Shown here in pieces: positions 47,500 to 61,141 of a stretch of DNA of 64,000 bases; position 1 is the first letter of the stretch; each line of letters begins with the position of its first letter. The translations under genes and the position numbers were made by a program. The notes under the pieces are model-generated. The model had not been told where the DNA came from, made no database searches, and saw nothing but the letters and a program-made list of their open reading frames with translations. Origin of the DNA: Pristiophorus japonicus. Lineage: Eukaryota. The DNA is taken from NCBI RefSeq assembly GCF_044704955.1, contig NC_091984.1, positions 145,018,001 to 145,082,000 on the forward strand. Reading direction: 5' to 3'.

Positions 47500-48510
47500 A
47501 GAAAGAAAGAGACAGACTTGCATTGAGATAGTGCCTTTCACATCCTCAGGATGACAAATCACTTTACAGCCAATGAAGTACTTTTTGAAGTGTAGTCACT
47601 GTTGTAATGTAGGAAACGTGGCAGCCAATTTGCGCACAGCAAGCTCCCACAAACAGCAATATGATAATGTGCTGATAATCTGTTTCAGTGATGATGGTTG
47701 AGGGTGAAAGAGGAAAGTGTGTCCTATTCTCCTGAACTGTCATCCCATGGGTTTTTTATTAATTCATGGAATGTGGGCGTTGTTGGCAAGGCCGGCATTT
47801 ATTATAAGAACATAAGAAATAGGAGCAGGAGTAGGTCATTTGGCCCCTTGAGCCTGCTCCGCCATTTAATAAGATCATGGCTGATCTGATCATGGATTCA
47901 GCTCCACTTCACTGCCCGCTTCCCAGAACCTTTTCTTCCCTTATCGCTCAAAAATCTGTCCATCTTCGCCTTAAATATATTCAATGACCCAGTCTCCACA
48001 GCTCTCTGGGGCAGAGAATTCCATCGATTTACAACCCTCTGAGAGAAGAAATTCCTCCTCATCTCAGTTTTAAATGGGCAGCCCCTTATTCTGAGACTAT
48101 GCCTCTTAATTTTAGTTTCCCCTATGAGTGGAAATATCCTCTCTGCATCCACCTTGTCGAGCCCCCTCATTATCTTATATCTTTCGATAAGATCACCTCT
48201 CATTCTTCTGAATTCCAATGACGATAGGCCCAACCTACCCAACCTATCTTCATAATTCAACTCTCTTATCCCTAATTGCCCTTGAGAAGGTGGTGGTGAG
48301 CCACATTCTTGAACTGCTGCAGTCCTTGTGGTGAAGGTATTCCCACAGTGCTGTTATTGAGGGAGTTCCAGGATTTTGATCCCGTGACAATGAAGGAACG
48401 AATATATTTTTCCAAGTCAGGATGGCGTGCGACTTGGAGGGGAACATGGAGGTGGCGGTGTTCCCATGCGCTGGCAGCCCTTGGCCTTCTCAGAGGTAGA
48501 GGTCGTGGGT
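47500..48510. mobile_element. SINE fragment and antisense CR1 3' end
   Basis: SINE tail 47510-47710; ORF 47898-48260 RRMRGDLIE. Confidence 0.75.
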
Positions 48511-50122
48511 AAAAGTAGTAATCTCAGGATTGCTACCAGTGCCACGTGATAGTCAGAGTAGGAATCGCAGGATAGCGCAGATGAATACGAGGCTTGAGCA
48601 GTGGTGCAGCAGGGAGGGATTCAAATTCCTGGGGCATTGGAACCAGTTCTGGGGGAGGTGGGACCAGTACAAACCGGACGGTCTGCACCTGGGCAGGACC
48701 GGAACCAATGTCCTAGGGGGAGTGTTTGCTCGTGCTGTTGGGGAGGATTTAAACTAATATGGCAGGGGGATGGGAACCAATGGAGGGAGACAGAGGGAAA
48801 CAAAAAGGAGGCAAAAGCAAAAGACAGAAATGAGATGAGGAAAAGTGGAGGGCAGAGAAACCCAAGGCAAAGAACAAAAAGGGCCACTGTACAGCAAAAT
48901 TCTAAAAGGACAAAGGGTTTTAAAAAAACAAGCCTGAAGGCTTTGTGTCTTAATGCAAGGAGTATCCGCAATAAGGTGGATGAATTAACTGTGCAAATAG
49001 ATGTTAACAAATCTGATGTGATTGGGATTACGGAGACGTGGCTCCAGGATGATCAGGGCTGGGAACTCAACATCCAGGGGTATTCAACATTCAGGAAAGA
49101 TAGAATAAAAGGAAAAGGAGGTGGGGTAGCATTGCTGGTTAAGGAGCAAATTAAGGCAATAGTGCGGAAGGACATTAGCTTGGATGATGTGGAATCTATA
49201 TGGGTAGAGCTGCAGAATACCAAAGGGCAAAAAACGTTAGTGGGAGTTGTGTACAGACCTCCAAACAGTAGTAGTGATGTTGGGGAGGGCATCAAACATG
49301 AAATTAGGGGTGTGTGCAATAAAGGTGCAGCAGTTATAATGGGTGACTTTAATATGCACATAGATTGGGTTAACGAAGCTGGAAGCAATACGGTGGAGGA
49401 GGATTTCCTGGAGTGCATAAGGGATGGTTTTTTAGACCAATATGTCGAGGAACCAACTAGGGGGGAGGCCATCTTAGACTGGGTGTTGTGTAATGAGAGA
49501 GGATTAATTAGCAATCTCGTTGTGCGAGGCCCCTTGGGGAAGAGTGACCATAATATGGTGGAATTCTGCATTAGGATGGAGAATGAAACAGTTAATTCAG
49601 AGACCATGGTCCAGAACTTAAAGAAGGGTAACTTTGAAGGTATGAGGCGTGAATTGGCTAGGATAGATTGGCGAATGATACTGAAGGGGTTGACTGTGGA
49701 TGGGCAATGGCAGACATTTAGAGACCGCATGGATGAACTACAACAATTGTACATTCCTGTCTGGCGTAAAAATAAAAAAGGGAAGGTGGCTCAACCGTGG
49801 CTATCAAGGGAAATCAGGGATAGTATTAAAGCCAAGGAAGTGGCATACAAATTGGCCAGAAATAGCAGTGAACCCCTTGGACTGGGAGAAATTTAGAACT
49901 CAGCAGAGGAGGACAAAGGGTTTGATTAGAGCAGGGAAAATGGAGTATGAGAAGAAGCTTGCAGGGAACATTAAGACAGATTGCAAAAGTTTCTATAGAT
50001 ATGTAAAGAGAAAAAGGTTGGTAAAGACAAACGTCGGTCCCCTTCAGTCAGAATCAGGGGAAGTCATAACGGGGAACAAAGAAATGGCGGACCAATTGAA
50101 CAAGTACTTTGGTTCGGTATTC
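48511..50122 (+). mobile_element. Doubly truncated young CR1 (ORF1 end + APE), near-identical to ~10987-12595
   Basis: Direct nucleotide and protein identity. Confidence 0.95.
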
Positions 50123-50632
50123 TCTCTTGTTGGAAGAATGCTCATTGCCTGGCACTTGTGTGGCGTGAATGTTACTACCAAGCTTGAATGTTGTCGAGGT
50201 CTTGCTGCATGCGGGCACGGACTGCTTCATTATCTGAGGAGGATTAATTAAGGAACGCCAAAATGGATTTGTTCAACGCAAATTGTGTTTAACTAAATTG
50301 ATTGAGTTATTTGACGAGGTATCAGAGAGGGTTGATGAGGGAAATGCTGTTGACGTATTCCAAAAGGCGTTTGATAAAGTGCCACATAATAGGCTTGCCA
50401 GCAAAGTTGGAGCCCATGGAATGGGGAATGGTAGCATAGTGGTAATGTTACTGGCTAGTAATCCAGAGACCTGGACCAATAATCCACAGACATAAGTTTA
50501 AATCCCATCATAGCAGCTGGCAAATTTAAGTTCAGTTAATTAAATAAATCTACAATAAAAAAAAGCTAGTGTTAATAATGGTGACTATGTGGTTAACACT
50601 TAACTACCCTGTGAAATGGCCCAGTGAGTCAC

Positions 50633-51258
50633 TGTAAGATGTGTGGATTTACCCCTCACCCCATCCAACAGTTTATAGAGTTTGGACCTGTGGAACAGAC
50701 AGCTCAAGACAAAGATTTCTGGAATAAGTTCTTTTTACTCAAAATCAACAAGAGATTACGAGTAAGCTTCTCATAGTACTTTTACACAGAGTAATCCCGG
50801 ATTATAAATAAACCTCTAATAGTACTGTTACACACAGTAATTCCAGATTATAAATAAACAACTTCTGTTACACACGTTCGTAGCCCTTTTTATAACCCAA
50901 AACTGGGCAGTCCCTCAGTGTGTCTGTGTCCCATTCGATGGGAGTAATGGCCGTAGATGTTCTTCTCTTCTCCTGATCAACCAACTAGACAGTTAATCAG
51001 TGGGCCTCAAAACTGGAGACTTCATGTGTGCTGATGTTCCTGTTTCTGAGTCTGTTCTCGCAAAGCTCTCATGGTCTGAAGGCCACTATTTCCCTTACCT
51101 GTGAAACACAGCTTTCGAAGTAGCTCAACCACAGGACAGCTTGCAGTGTTCAGCAGCTTTAATGGACATTTGTGCAGCAGAAAGTCCTGTTGACCTCACG
51201 AGGCATGCTGGTACATAAAATCTGGTCAAGTTACAGCAAACTTGTACAAAATCTTACC
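50633..51258. mobile_element. Probable solo LTR inserted in an older repeat
   Basis: TGTAAGAT...ATCTTAC ends; imperfect 4-bp TSD TCAC/CCAC; flanks rejoin as one repeat. Confidence 0.5.
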
Positions 51259-51598
51259 CCACTCAGTTGTACAAACCGCTATTAAAAAAAGGAACAGCGG
51301 TTCTTCTCAAGGGCAATTAGGGATGGGCAATAAATGCTGGCCTTGCCAGTGACATCCACATCCCAGAAACAAATAAAACAAATAAACGGGACAGTGGCAG
51401 CATGGATACGAAATTGGCCAAGTGACAGGAAACGGAGAGTAGTGGTGAACGGTTGTTTTTCGGACTGAAGAAGCTATACAGAGGTGTTCCCCAGGGGTGG
51501 TAATGGGACCACTGCTTTTCTTGGTGTATATTAATGACTCGGATGTGAGTACACAGGGTGCAATTTCAAAATTTGCAGATGACACAAAACTTGGAAGT

Positions 51599-52120
51599 AC
51601 AGGTTGTACCTCCCTTATCCAGAAATCCCTTATCCGGTACCATCCCTCGCCAGACCCATTCCCGTCCATTCCAACATGAACAAATTGAAGAAATTTAAGT
51701 CCTTCCTTGCTGCCGAGTCTCACAATCACTGGCCTGACCCCGTGATCCACCGTAACCCCCCCCCGCCCCCATGATCTTTCTGCCGCACTCCCAGCCCCAA
51801 GCCAGCCAGCCCCGATATCCCCTTGCTCAGTACCTGCACCATCCAATTTAACGTGACCAACCCTCGTCCAGAAAAATCCCTTATCCAGCGATTGCGAGAC
51901 TCGGCAGCAAGGAAGGACTTCAATTTCTTCAATTTGTTCATGTCGGATTGGACGGGAATGGCTCTAGCGAGGGGTGGTTCCAGATAAGGGATTTCTGGAT
52001 AAGGGAGATACAACCTGTACTTCCAAGTTTTGTGTCATCTGCAAATTTTGAAATTGCACCCTGTGTACTCACATCCGAGTCAGGTCGCGAGAGTTCTGGA
52101 TAACGGAGGTTCAACCTGTA
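51599..52120. mobile_element. Tc1/mariner (Tigger-like) MITE in CR1, with an internal fold-back
   Basis: TA-CAGGTTGTACCTCCCTTATCCAGAA ... TTCTGGATAACGGAGGTTCAACCTG-TA. Confidence 0.7.
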
Positions 52121-54306
52121 AGTGATCAGTGAGGAGGATAGTGATCGGCTTCAAAACATAGACAGGCTGGTGGAATGGGCATTGACGTGGCGATGAAATT
52201 TAACACAAAAAAGTGCAAAGTGATACATTTTGGCAGAAAGAATGATGAGAGGAAATATAAACTAAAGATTACAATCCTAAAGGGGGTACATGAACATTGA
52301 GACCTGGAGGTATATGTGCACACGTCATTGAATGTGGCAGGGCAAGTTGACCAAACGATTTCAAGAAAGCATACGGGATCCTGGGTTTCATAAATAGAGG
52401 CATCGAGTACAAAAGTGTGGAAATTATGATGAACTTGTATAAAACACTGGTTTGGCCTCAACTGGAGTATTGTGTCCAAGGGGGTGAAAACCTTGGAGAG
52501 GGTGCAGGGGGGATTTACAAGAGTGGTTCCAGGGATGAGGGACTTCAGTTACATTGATAGATGGGAGAAGCTGGGATTGTTCTCCTTGGAGCAGAGAAGG
52601 TTGAGAGGAGATTTGATTGAGGTGTTCAAATCATGAGGGGTATGGACAGAGTAGATAGAGAGAAACTGTTCCCATTGGCGGAAGGGTCGAGAACCAGAGG
52701 ACACAGATTTAAGGTGATTTTGTAGAAGAACCAAAGGCGACATGAGGGAAAACTTTTTTACGCAGCGAGTGGCTAGGATCTGGAATGCTCTGCCTGAAAG
52801 GGTGGTGGAGGCAGACTCAATCATGGCTTACAAAAAGGGAATTGGATAAGTAAACATAGAAACATAGAAAATGGTGCAGGAGTAGGCCATTCGGCTCTTT
52901 GAGCCTGCACCACCATTCAATAAGATCATGGCTGATCATTCACCTCAGTACCACTTTCCAGTTTTCTCTCCATACCCCTTGATTCCCTTAGCCATAACGG
53001 CCACATCTAACTCCCTCCTGAATATATCCAATGAACTGGCATGAACAACTCTCTGCGGTAGGGAATTCCACAGGTTAACAACTCTCTGAGTGAAGAGGTT
53101 TCTCCTCATCGCAGTCCTAAATGGCTTACCCCTTATCCTTAGGATATGTCCCCTCGTTCTGGACTTCCCCAACATCAGGAACATTTTTCCTGCATCTAAC
53201 CTGTCGAGTCCCGTCAGAATTTTATATGTTTCCATGAGATCCCCTCTCATCCTTGTAGCTCCAGTGAATTCAGGCCCAGTCTCTCCTCATATGTCAGTTC
53301 TGCCTTCTCGGGAATCAGTCTGGTGAACCTTTGCTGCACTCTCTCATTAGCAAGAATGTCCTTCCTCAGATTAGGAGACCAAAACTGAACACAATATTAC
53401 AGGTGAGGCCTCACTAAGGCCCTGTATAACTGCAGTAAGACCCCCCTGCTCCTATACTCAAATCCCCTAGCTATGAAGGCCAACATACCATTTGCCTTTT
53501 TCCCCCCCTGCTGTACCTGCATGCCAACTTTCAAAGACTGATGTACCATGACACCCAGGTCCCGTTGCATCTCCCCTTTTCCTAATCTGCTGCCATTCAG
53601 ATAATATTCTGCCTTCGTGTTTTTGCCACCAAAATGGATAACCTCACATTTATCCACATTATACTGCATCTGCCATGCGTTTGCCCACTCACCTAACCTG
53701 TCCAAGTCACCCTGCAGCCTCATAGCGCCCTCCTCACAACTCACACCGCCACAGAGCTGAGTGTCATATGCAAATTTGGAGATATTACACTCAATTCCTT
53801 CATCTAAATCATTAATATATATTGTAAATAGCTGGGATCCCAGCATTGAGCCCTGCGGCACCCCATTAGTCACTGCCTGCCATTCTGAAAAGGACCCTTT
53901 TATCCCAACTCTCTGCTTCCTGTCTGCCAACCAGTTCTCTATCCACGTCAGTACATTACCCCCAATACCATGTGCTTTAATTTTGCACACCAATCTCTTG
54001 TGTGGGACCTTGTCAAAAGCCTTTTGGAAGTCCAAATACACCAAATCCACTGGTTCTCCACTCAACTAGTTACATCCTCAAAAAATTCAGGAAGATTTGT
54101 CAAGCATGATTTCCCTTTCATAAATTGATGCTGACTTGGACCGATCCTGTCACTGCTTTCCAAATGCGCTGCTATTTCATCTTTAATAATTGATTCCAAC
54201 ATTTTCCCCACTACTGATGTCAGGCTAACCGGTCTATAATTACCCATTTTCTCTCTCGCTCCTTTCTGAAAAAGTGGTGTTACATTAGCTACCCTCCAGT
54301 CCATAG
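52121..54306. mobile_element. CR1 RT fragments (+ to ~52850; - 52852-54306)
   Basis: ORFs 52945-53250, 53397-54065 and 54062-54304 carry RT motifs. Confidence 0.9.
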
Positions 54307-56011
54307 GATGCTCTCAGTCGGCTACCATTGCCCACCACAGGGGTGGAAATGGCGCAGCCTGCAAACTTGTTGATGGTGGCACAGCCCGCAGACTTGTTGA
54401 TGGTCATGAAAGCATTTGAAAATGATAACTCACCTGTCACGGCCCGCCAGATTAGGACTTGGACCTGCCAAGATCCTCTGCTGTCCCGAGTAAAAAACTG
54501 TACTGCATGGGAGCTCGGCCAGCATTCCCGTTGAAATGCAAGACCTAATCAAGCCGTTCCAGCAGCGAAAGGACGAGCTGTCCATTCAGGCAGACTGCCT
54601 GTTGTGGGGTAACCATGTAGTGCTACCCAAAAAGGGCAGGGAGATGTTCATCTCAGATCTCCACAGCACACACCCGGATATAGTAATGATGAAAGCGATA
54701 GCCAGATCCCACATGTGGTGGCCCGGTATCGACTCTGACTTGGAGTCCTGTGTACGGCAATGCAGCATGTGTGCTCAGTTGAGCAACGCGCCCAGAGAGG
54801 CACAACTAAGTTTGTGGTCCTGGCCCTCCAGACCATGGTCGAGGATCCATGTCGACTATGTGGGCCCGTTTTTCGGTAAAATGTTCCTGGTGGTGGTGGA
54901 TGCTTTTTCAAAATGGATTGAATGTGAAATAATGTCGGGAAGCACCGCCACCGCCACCATTGACAGCCTGAGGGCCATGTTTGCCACCCACGGCCTGCCT
55001 GACATACTGGTCAGTGACAACGAGCCATGTTTCACCAGTGCGAATTTAAAGAATTCATGACCCGCAATGGGATCAAATATGTCACTTCAGTCCCATTTAA
55101 ACCAGCCTCCAATTGGCAGGCAGAGCAGACAGTACAAACAATCAAACAGAGCCTTAAACGAGTCACAGAAGGCTCACTCCAAATCCACCTGTCCCGAGTA
55201 CTGCTCAGCTACCGCACGAGGCCCCACTCGTTCACAGGAAAAGGACACTTAAAACCAGACTCTCGCTGGTCCAACCTGCATGATCAGGTAGTGGGCAGGC
55301 GGCAGCAACCAAATGTAAACGATGGTCGCGCCACTGTGTCACGGGAAATTGATCTGAATGACCCTTTGTATGTGCTAAACTATGGACATGATCCCAAGTG
55401 GATCGTGAGCACGATGATAGCTAAAGAAGGGAATAGGGTGTTTGTAGTCAAACTAGACAATGGACAAATTTGCAGAAAGCACCTGGACCAAACAAGGCTG
55501 CAGTTCACAGACTGCCCTGAACAACCCACAGCAGACACCACCTTTTTTGAGCCCACAACATACACCCAAAAGATCAACGACACCACCCCGTACCAAGAAA
55601 TTGAACCCATCATGCCCAAGAGCCCAGCAAGACCAGGCTCACCCAGCAACCCTGCAGGGCCAATAACACACCAGCCCAGCGAGGGCACAGCCAACACACC
55701 AGAACAGACATTTGTACCGAGGCGTTCCACCAGGGAAAGAAAGGCTCCCGACCGCCTCAACTTGTAAATAGTTTTCATTTTGACTTTGCGGGGGAGTGAT
55801 GTTGTGTATCTGTAAAGCATGCACTCCCATGTTCCGCCACCAGGGAGCGCATCCCCTGAAGTCCCAAGGGATCCATCCCAGCATCCCTTGGGAGCACTGT
55901 ATAAAAACCGGCCCCTCAGGCCTGTTCCTTTCTCTGAGTGTCTTAATAAAGACTGAGGTCATTGTTACTTTAACCTCCCTGTGTGCAGTCTCATCTGTGT
56001 TAGGAACACAA
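54307..56011 (+). mobile_element. Gypsy 3' part: integrase pseudogene, PPT and 3' LTR (55800-~56011)
   Basis: HSTHPDI..WWPGID..CSMC zinc finger, RIHVDY, VSDN core; RRSTRERKAPDRL end; GGGGGAGTGA PPT. Confidence 0.9.
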
Positions 56012-57667
56012 TAAATACGTGGCTGGAGAGCTGGTGCAGGAGGGATGGGCTTTAGATTCCTGAGGCATTGGGACCATTTCTGGCGGAGGTGGGACCTGTA
56101 CAAACCGGACGGGTTGCACCTCAACAGAGCCGGGACCAATATCCTCGTGGGGGGGCGGGGGACGGGGGGTGGTTGCCAGTGCTGTTGGGGACTTGGCAGG
56201 GAGACGGGAACCGGAGAATAGATTCAGTGGGGAGAGAAGTAAAGCTGAGATTGGGCAGCAGAGAAGTAGAAAGTGAATTTGGAAGACAGAGGAAACAAGG
56301 GCTGGAAAATAGAAAACAAGCGAGTTTGGTAACACTGAATGGTATATACTTCAATGCAAGGAGTATAGGGAATAAGGCAGATGAGCTGAGAGCACAGATA
56401 GACACTTGGGAGTCCGATATTATAGCTATTACTGAGACATGGCTGAAAGAAGGGCAGGTATGGCAGCTCAACATTCCTGGTTACAGGGTTTTCAGACGGA
56501 TAGAAAGGGGGTAAAAAAGGAGGGGATCGCAGTATTAATTAAAGAAACAATTACTGCTGTGAGAAGGGATGATATGTTAGAGGGGTCATCAAAGGAGGCC
56601 ATATAGGTTTAATTGAAGAACACAAAAGAGGCGATCACACTACTGGGAGAGTACTATAGACCCCCAAACAATCCAAGGGAGATAGAAGAACAAATATTTG
56701 GGCAAATTGCTGCGAAGTACTAAAACTATAGAGCTGTAATAGTGGGGAATTTCAACTACCCGACTATTAACTGGAGAAAAAGTCGTGTGAATGGTACAGA
56801 ATTCTTAAAATGCATTCCGGAGAACTTCTTTAGCCAGTATGTAACAATCCACCAGGCAGCGGGCGGTCGAGGGGGTCATTCAGCCCAACTGCCTGCCTCT
56901 CTTCCGCGGTTACATTCGAGCCAGAGTGTCCCTGGAGATGGAGCACGCAGTGTCCAGCGGTACGCTCGCGGCCTTCCACGAGACGTGGGCACCGGAGGGA
57001 CTGGAGTGCATCATCACCCCCGGCAACCAAATTTTCATTTTTAAGAAGGGGGCACTTAATTCATCGTTTCTTCAAAATAGTTGTAACAAGTCCAACAAGG
57101 GAGGGGGTGGTTCTGGACTTGGTTTTGGGGAATGAAGAGGTGCAGGTGGAAGGGGTATCAGTGGGAGAGCATTTTGGTGCTGGTGATCAGAATTCAGTTA
57201 GATTTCGGGTAGTTATGGAAAAGGACAAAGATAGGCATGGAATAAAAGTTCTCAATTGGGGAAAAGCCAATTTTGCTCAGCTGTGATGAGATTTGGCCGA
57301 AGTGGACTGGAAACGGCTACTTGATGGTAAATCAGTGTCAGAGCAGTGGGAGGCATTCATGGAGGATACCTCTACCACCTTTTCAGGCAGTGAGTTCCAG
57401 ACCCCCAACATCTTCTGGGTGAAGTAATTTCCCCTCAAATCTCCTCTATAACTCTCCACAATTACTTTAAATCTATGCCCCCTGGTTTTTGACCCCTCTG
57501 CCAAGGAACAGAGGTCTGTCTTATCCACTCTATCCAGGCCCCTCATAATTTTATACACCTCAATCAAGTCTCCCCTCAGCCTTCTCTGTACCCCAGCCTA
57601 TCCAATCTTTCCGCATAGTTAAATTTCTTCAGTCCAGGCAACATCCTCGTAAATCTCCTCTGTACCC
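56012..57667. mobile_element. Degenerate CR1 pieces with a Tx1-like 3' fragment at ~56850-57050
   Basis: APE motifs; FRGYIRARVSLEMEHAVSSGTLAAFHETWAP resembles a Tx1 ORF2 C-terminus. Confidence 0.7.
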
Positions 57668-59407
57668 TCGGTTTAATGTCTCATCCGAAGAAAGCGTACT
57701 GTTAATTAAACACAAAAGGCAAGAACTTTGAAGTGGTGGGAATACTTGTAGAATTTACCAATATTTCACAAAGATTCCTTGTACCTTTCGCCTGCAGAGG
57801 AGAAAAATCCCTTTCTGGACTTTTAAAATAGATGGAAAAACCTTGGGAAACAAATGAGTTTAAAGGGCAGATGAGGCATGCAGGGGATAAAAGGGGATGC
57901 ATTCATGGAGACCCCTGCCCCCCACCCGCCCCCCCAGTGTTTGGACTCATAGGAAAGGGAATTTAATTTGGAAATCGATGACGATTTTGGTATCCTCGAA
58001 AAAATCTCTGAGGAAGATAGCTAAGAGCTTTACAAGTATAAGATCTCTAAAGGAGCATGTTGGAAGAGACTGCCAGAACAGAGGGTGGGGGACTGAACTC
58101 AGGAATTGGGTATTTAATTTGTCTGGGAGAATGAGTTGATCGATAACTAACAAGAACTGTGAGACATAAAAATTCACTCCCTAGTGAGAATAAACACATC
58201 AAGAGCTATCAGGCTAATCACCGGAGACCATTATTGGTATGCATGAGCAAATAGACCGATAGAATTCACAGGCCCAGCCCAACGGCCCAAGAATTTAAAC
58301 AATGCCAACCGGTGATTTTCCACATTACCACATCATAATCAAATTACTGCTGAACAAGCCCGACAAATTCTGACAAAGAAGAGAGCTCAAAACTAATGAG
58401 TAGCTCCCTTGAAACAAAAAGCTGGGCCAGATTTGGTGGGAGGGAAGGAAGCCTTTTTGGGGTATATCTATTCCCAGTTTTACAAGGAAAAGAACACAAG
58501 CAGCAGGCGGTGGGGAGTGAAGAAATGGAGTAGTGGAGAAATCTACAAGAAATCATCCAGGACCGACCGAGCACGAGGCCCATGAAATGGAAGGTTGTCA
58601 GCAACCAAATTGACAACCCAAGTCACCACAACCAGCGAAATGACCAACCGAAACCAACTCAGCAAAAACCGAAGAATCGACATTTATTTCTACTCTACAA
58701 GCTAATTCTGAATGACCAACGGGTGAGAAATTGCCTAAAAGGACTAACTAAAACTATTCCTAACCAAAGAAAGTGGGCACTTACCCCACACATCCAAAAC
58801 GAGACTTACCGCATCTTCGGACTCACCCCAACTGAAGACTATGCAGTCGGAAGTGCTCTCCTCCGTCCGGGGTTTGGCCCACACCCCAAAAACGCAATTC
58901 ACCGGCAACTGTCAAAAGGGATTGGTGAGCATTGCTCCTGAACCCCCAGAGCTATAACTTAGTTAGTTCGGCGAATTGGGAGGGGGAGGCTGGGATAACT
59001 TGTGTACATGTGTCTACATTCTCCTCTTTACCCCATTTAGAGTTGAAGCTGTATTTTTTTCCCAACAGGCCGTATGTTGACAATTTATTCAATGTGTTGT
59101 ACCTCTCAGGGTGTATTGGTATTACTATTCTGTGTGTGTTATTAAAGGTGTGCCCTTTTACTTCCTTTAAGACACAATAAAGCCGTACCTGCTTCCTACC
59201 TTGAAACCGATTGTCTGTTCAAGTCTGTCACAGTCCCTTCATAATTCCAGAGTCTAGAACCAAAGGTATGGGAGCGATTCAAAACCATTCTATAAGGTCA
59301 GAAGGGAAAGCTGACACCCCACCGAAAACCACCCCTTACATAATGGCGACCACGAATGGGGCAAGGGATGTGATAAGAGAGAGACTGGTCTCAGGAAAAG
59401 AAGCAAA

Positions 59408-61141
59408 ATGGAAGAGGGGATTTCCTCGCATGTGTTTAAGAGGGTAAATGTGGCTAAGGAGTGGGTACTCGATCTATTGTATGCTGAGCATCCAGAAGAT
59501 GCTGCAGCTCAATGGACCAAGAGCAAGGACCATAAAAGGTCGATAGAGAAGGTCATTTGGCTAATTTGCCTTCAGCCACAGATCCGGCTTCTCGATGAGG
59601 AGAATGAGATATTAAAGGAAGTATTGAAGCAGGCAGAAGAGAGGTCCAATGCAAGGGCCACAGTCGGGGAAAGGCTGTGAACAGAGATGGGGCAGTTGAA
59701 GGAAAGTAGAGACCTCACTAAAGAAAGGCACAAAACCCAACTGGACCTTTTACAGTGTCAGATTATTGAAGCCAAGAATAGCGAACTGACGTTGCGAGAA
59801 GAGAATTCCTGCCTCGCCAAGCAAGTTAAAGCATACGGGGAGAGGGTGAGAGACATTCAGGTAGCCTATAAGGTAGCCAGTACCAGGGAATTTGAGGCAG
59901 GAGACCACGGCCCCTGCCAGCAGCAGATCCAAAGCTTGAACCTTGCTCTATCCCGGGCGAAAGGCATGGTGTGCCTGATAAACTCGGGTTTAGCCCAGGA
60001 ACACCTGGTAGTGCAAGAAACCCCTCAGTCACTGCCTGCAGCTCCCGGGAACGGCCCGGAGCAGCAGGGGTGTCAGCCAGAGTGCGGGGCAGGCAAGGAT
60101 TGCGAACTACCAACACCGGCGGCCCCGAGTTTTAACTCGGCTTGGCAGCAGGGGGAAGAGGGCGAGCCAATACAAGAAGGGCCGGAACCAGGGCCAATGC
60201 ACCCGGTCCGGCAGCAGAGGTTTGGCCCGCCTGACACCAATGGGGCAGCAGGACCCCTAGAAAACAGCTTCGTAGTCCCCCATGACCCCCAAAAACTGAG
60301 TGCTAAGATAGGCCACCTAAGTAAGCTCACCCAACAGGGAGATCCCTGGGTCACTTCCTGGAAGTGGAACACACGGGATATTAACGGGTGCGATGATTCG
60401 GAGCAGGCGAAGCTGTTGCTGTGCCATTCCCTCTCTGCAGACAGCAGAAAGGGGCAAAACACGTACGTTACGGTTAAGGAGGAGGTTCTAGAGGACATGG
60501 GTATGAACGACAGGAGTCGTTTCTCCAGAGTGGAGAAAACAGTGCAGCTTTATGGGGAGACTCCACAGGTTTTCGGCGACAGGTTGTGGCCAGTCTACGA
60601 AAGGGCCTGTAGTGGGGTTCTTGACCGGGGCCCACCTGAACCCTAACGAGCTGGCTCACTGGCTCCGCAGCCTGGTGGCAAACAGCCTACCTGGAGTAAA
60701 GGCAAAAGCCGAGGTCTGGTTCGATCCAAGAGATCCCAGAACCACCGAGGAGACAGTGGTCAGGCAGTTGACCCTGGCTTACCGGAATGGTGGATGGACA
60801 GAGGAGCTCTCCTCTAAAGGGAAGGTCCATGACACTAAACCCAGCAAGGCAAGAGAGAGTGGCATCAGGAAGGTGGGAACCCTCCCCACAAAGGGGGCGA
60901 GTGTTTTGGGTGTGTGAAAAGTGGGCACTGGAGGAAGGACTGTAGGAACCCCTGGAAAGAGACTAAGGGAAAGGCCACTCCAGCCCCAGCCCGTAAGGCC
61001 GGGGCAGGAACACCCGACACATATGAGACACTCGTAGCCACCCTACAGACACTCATAAACGGACAGGGAGCAGTAGCTATCGCAACCGGTCCAGCAGTCG
61101 GTACGGTAAAACCCTCTGCTCCAACCCACCCAGATGCATGA
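59408..61141 (+). pseudogene. gag: ERV gag (coiled coil, CCHC knuckle), frameshifted
   Basis: CFGCVKSGHWRKDC at ~60902-60943. Confidence 0.8.
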
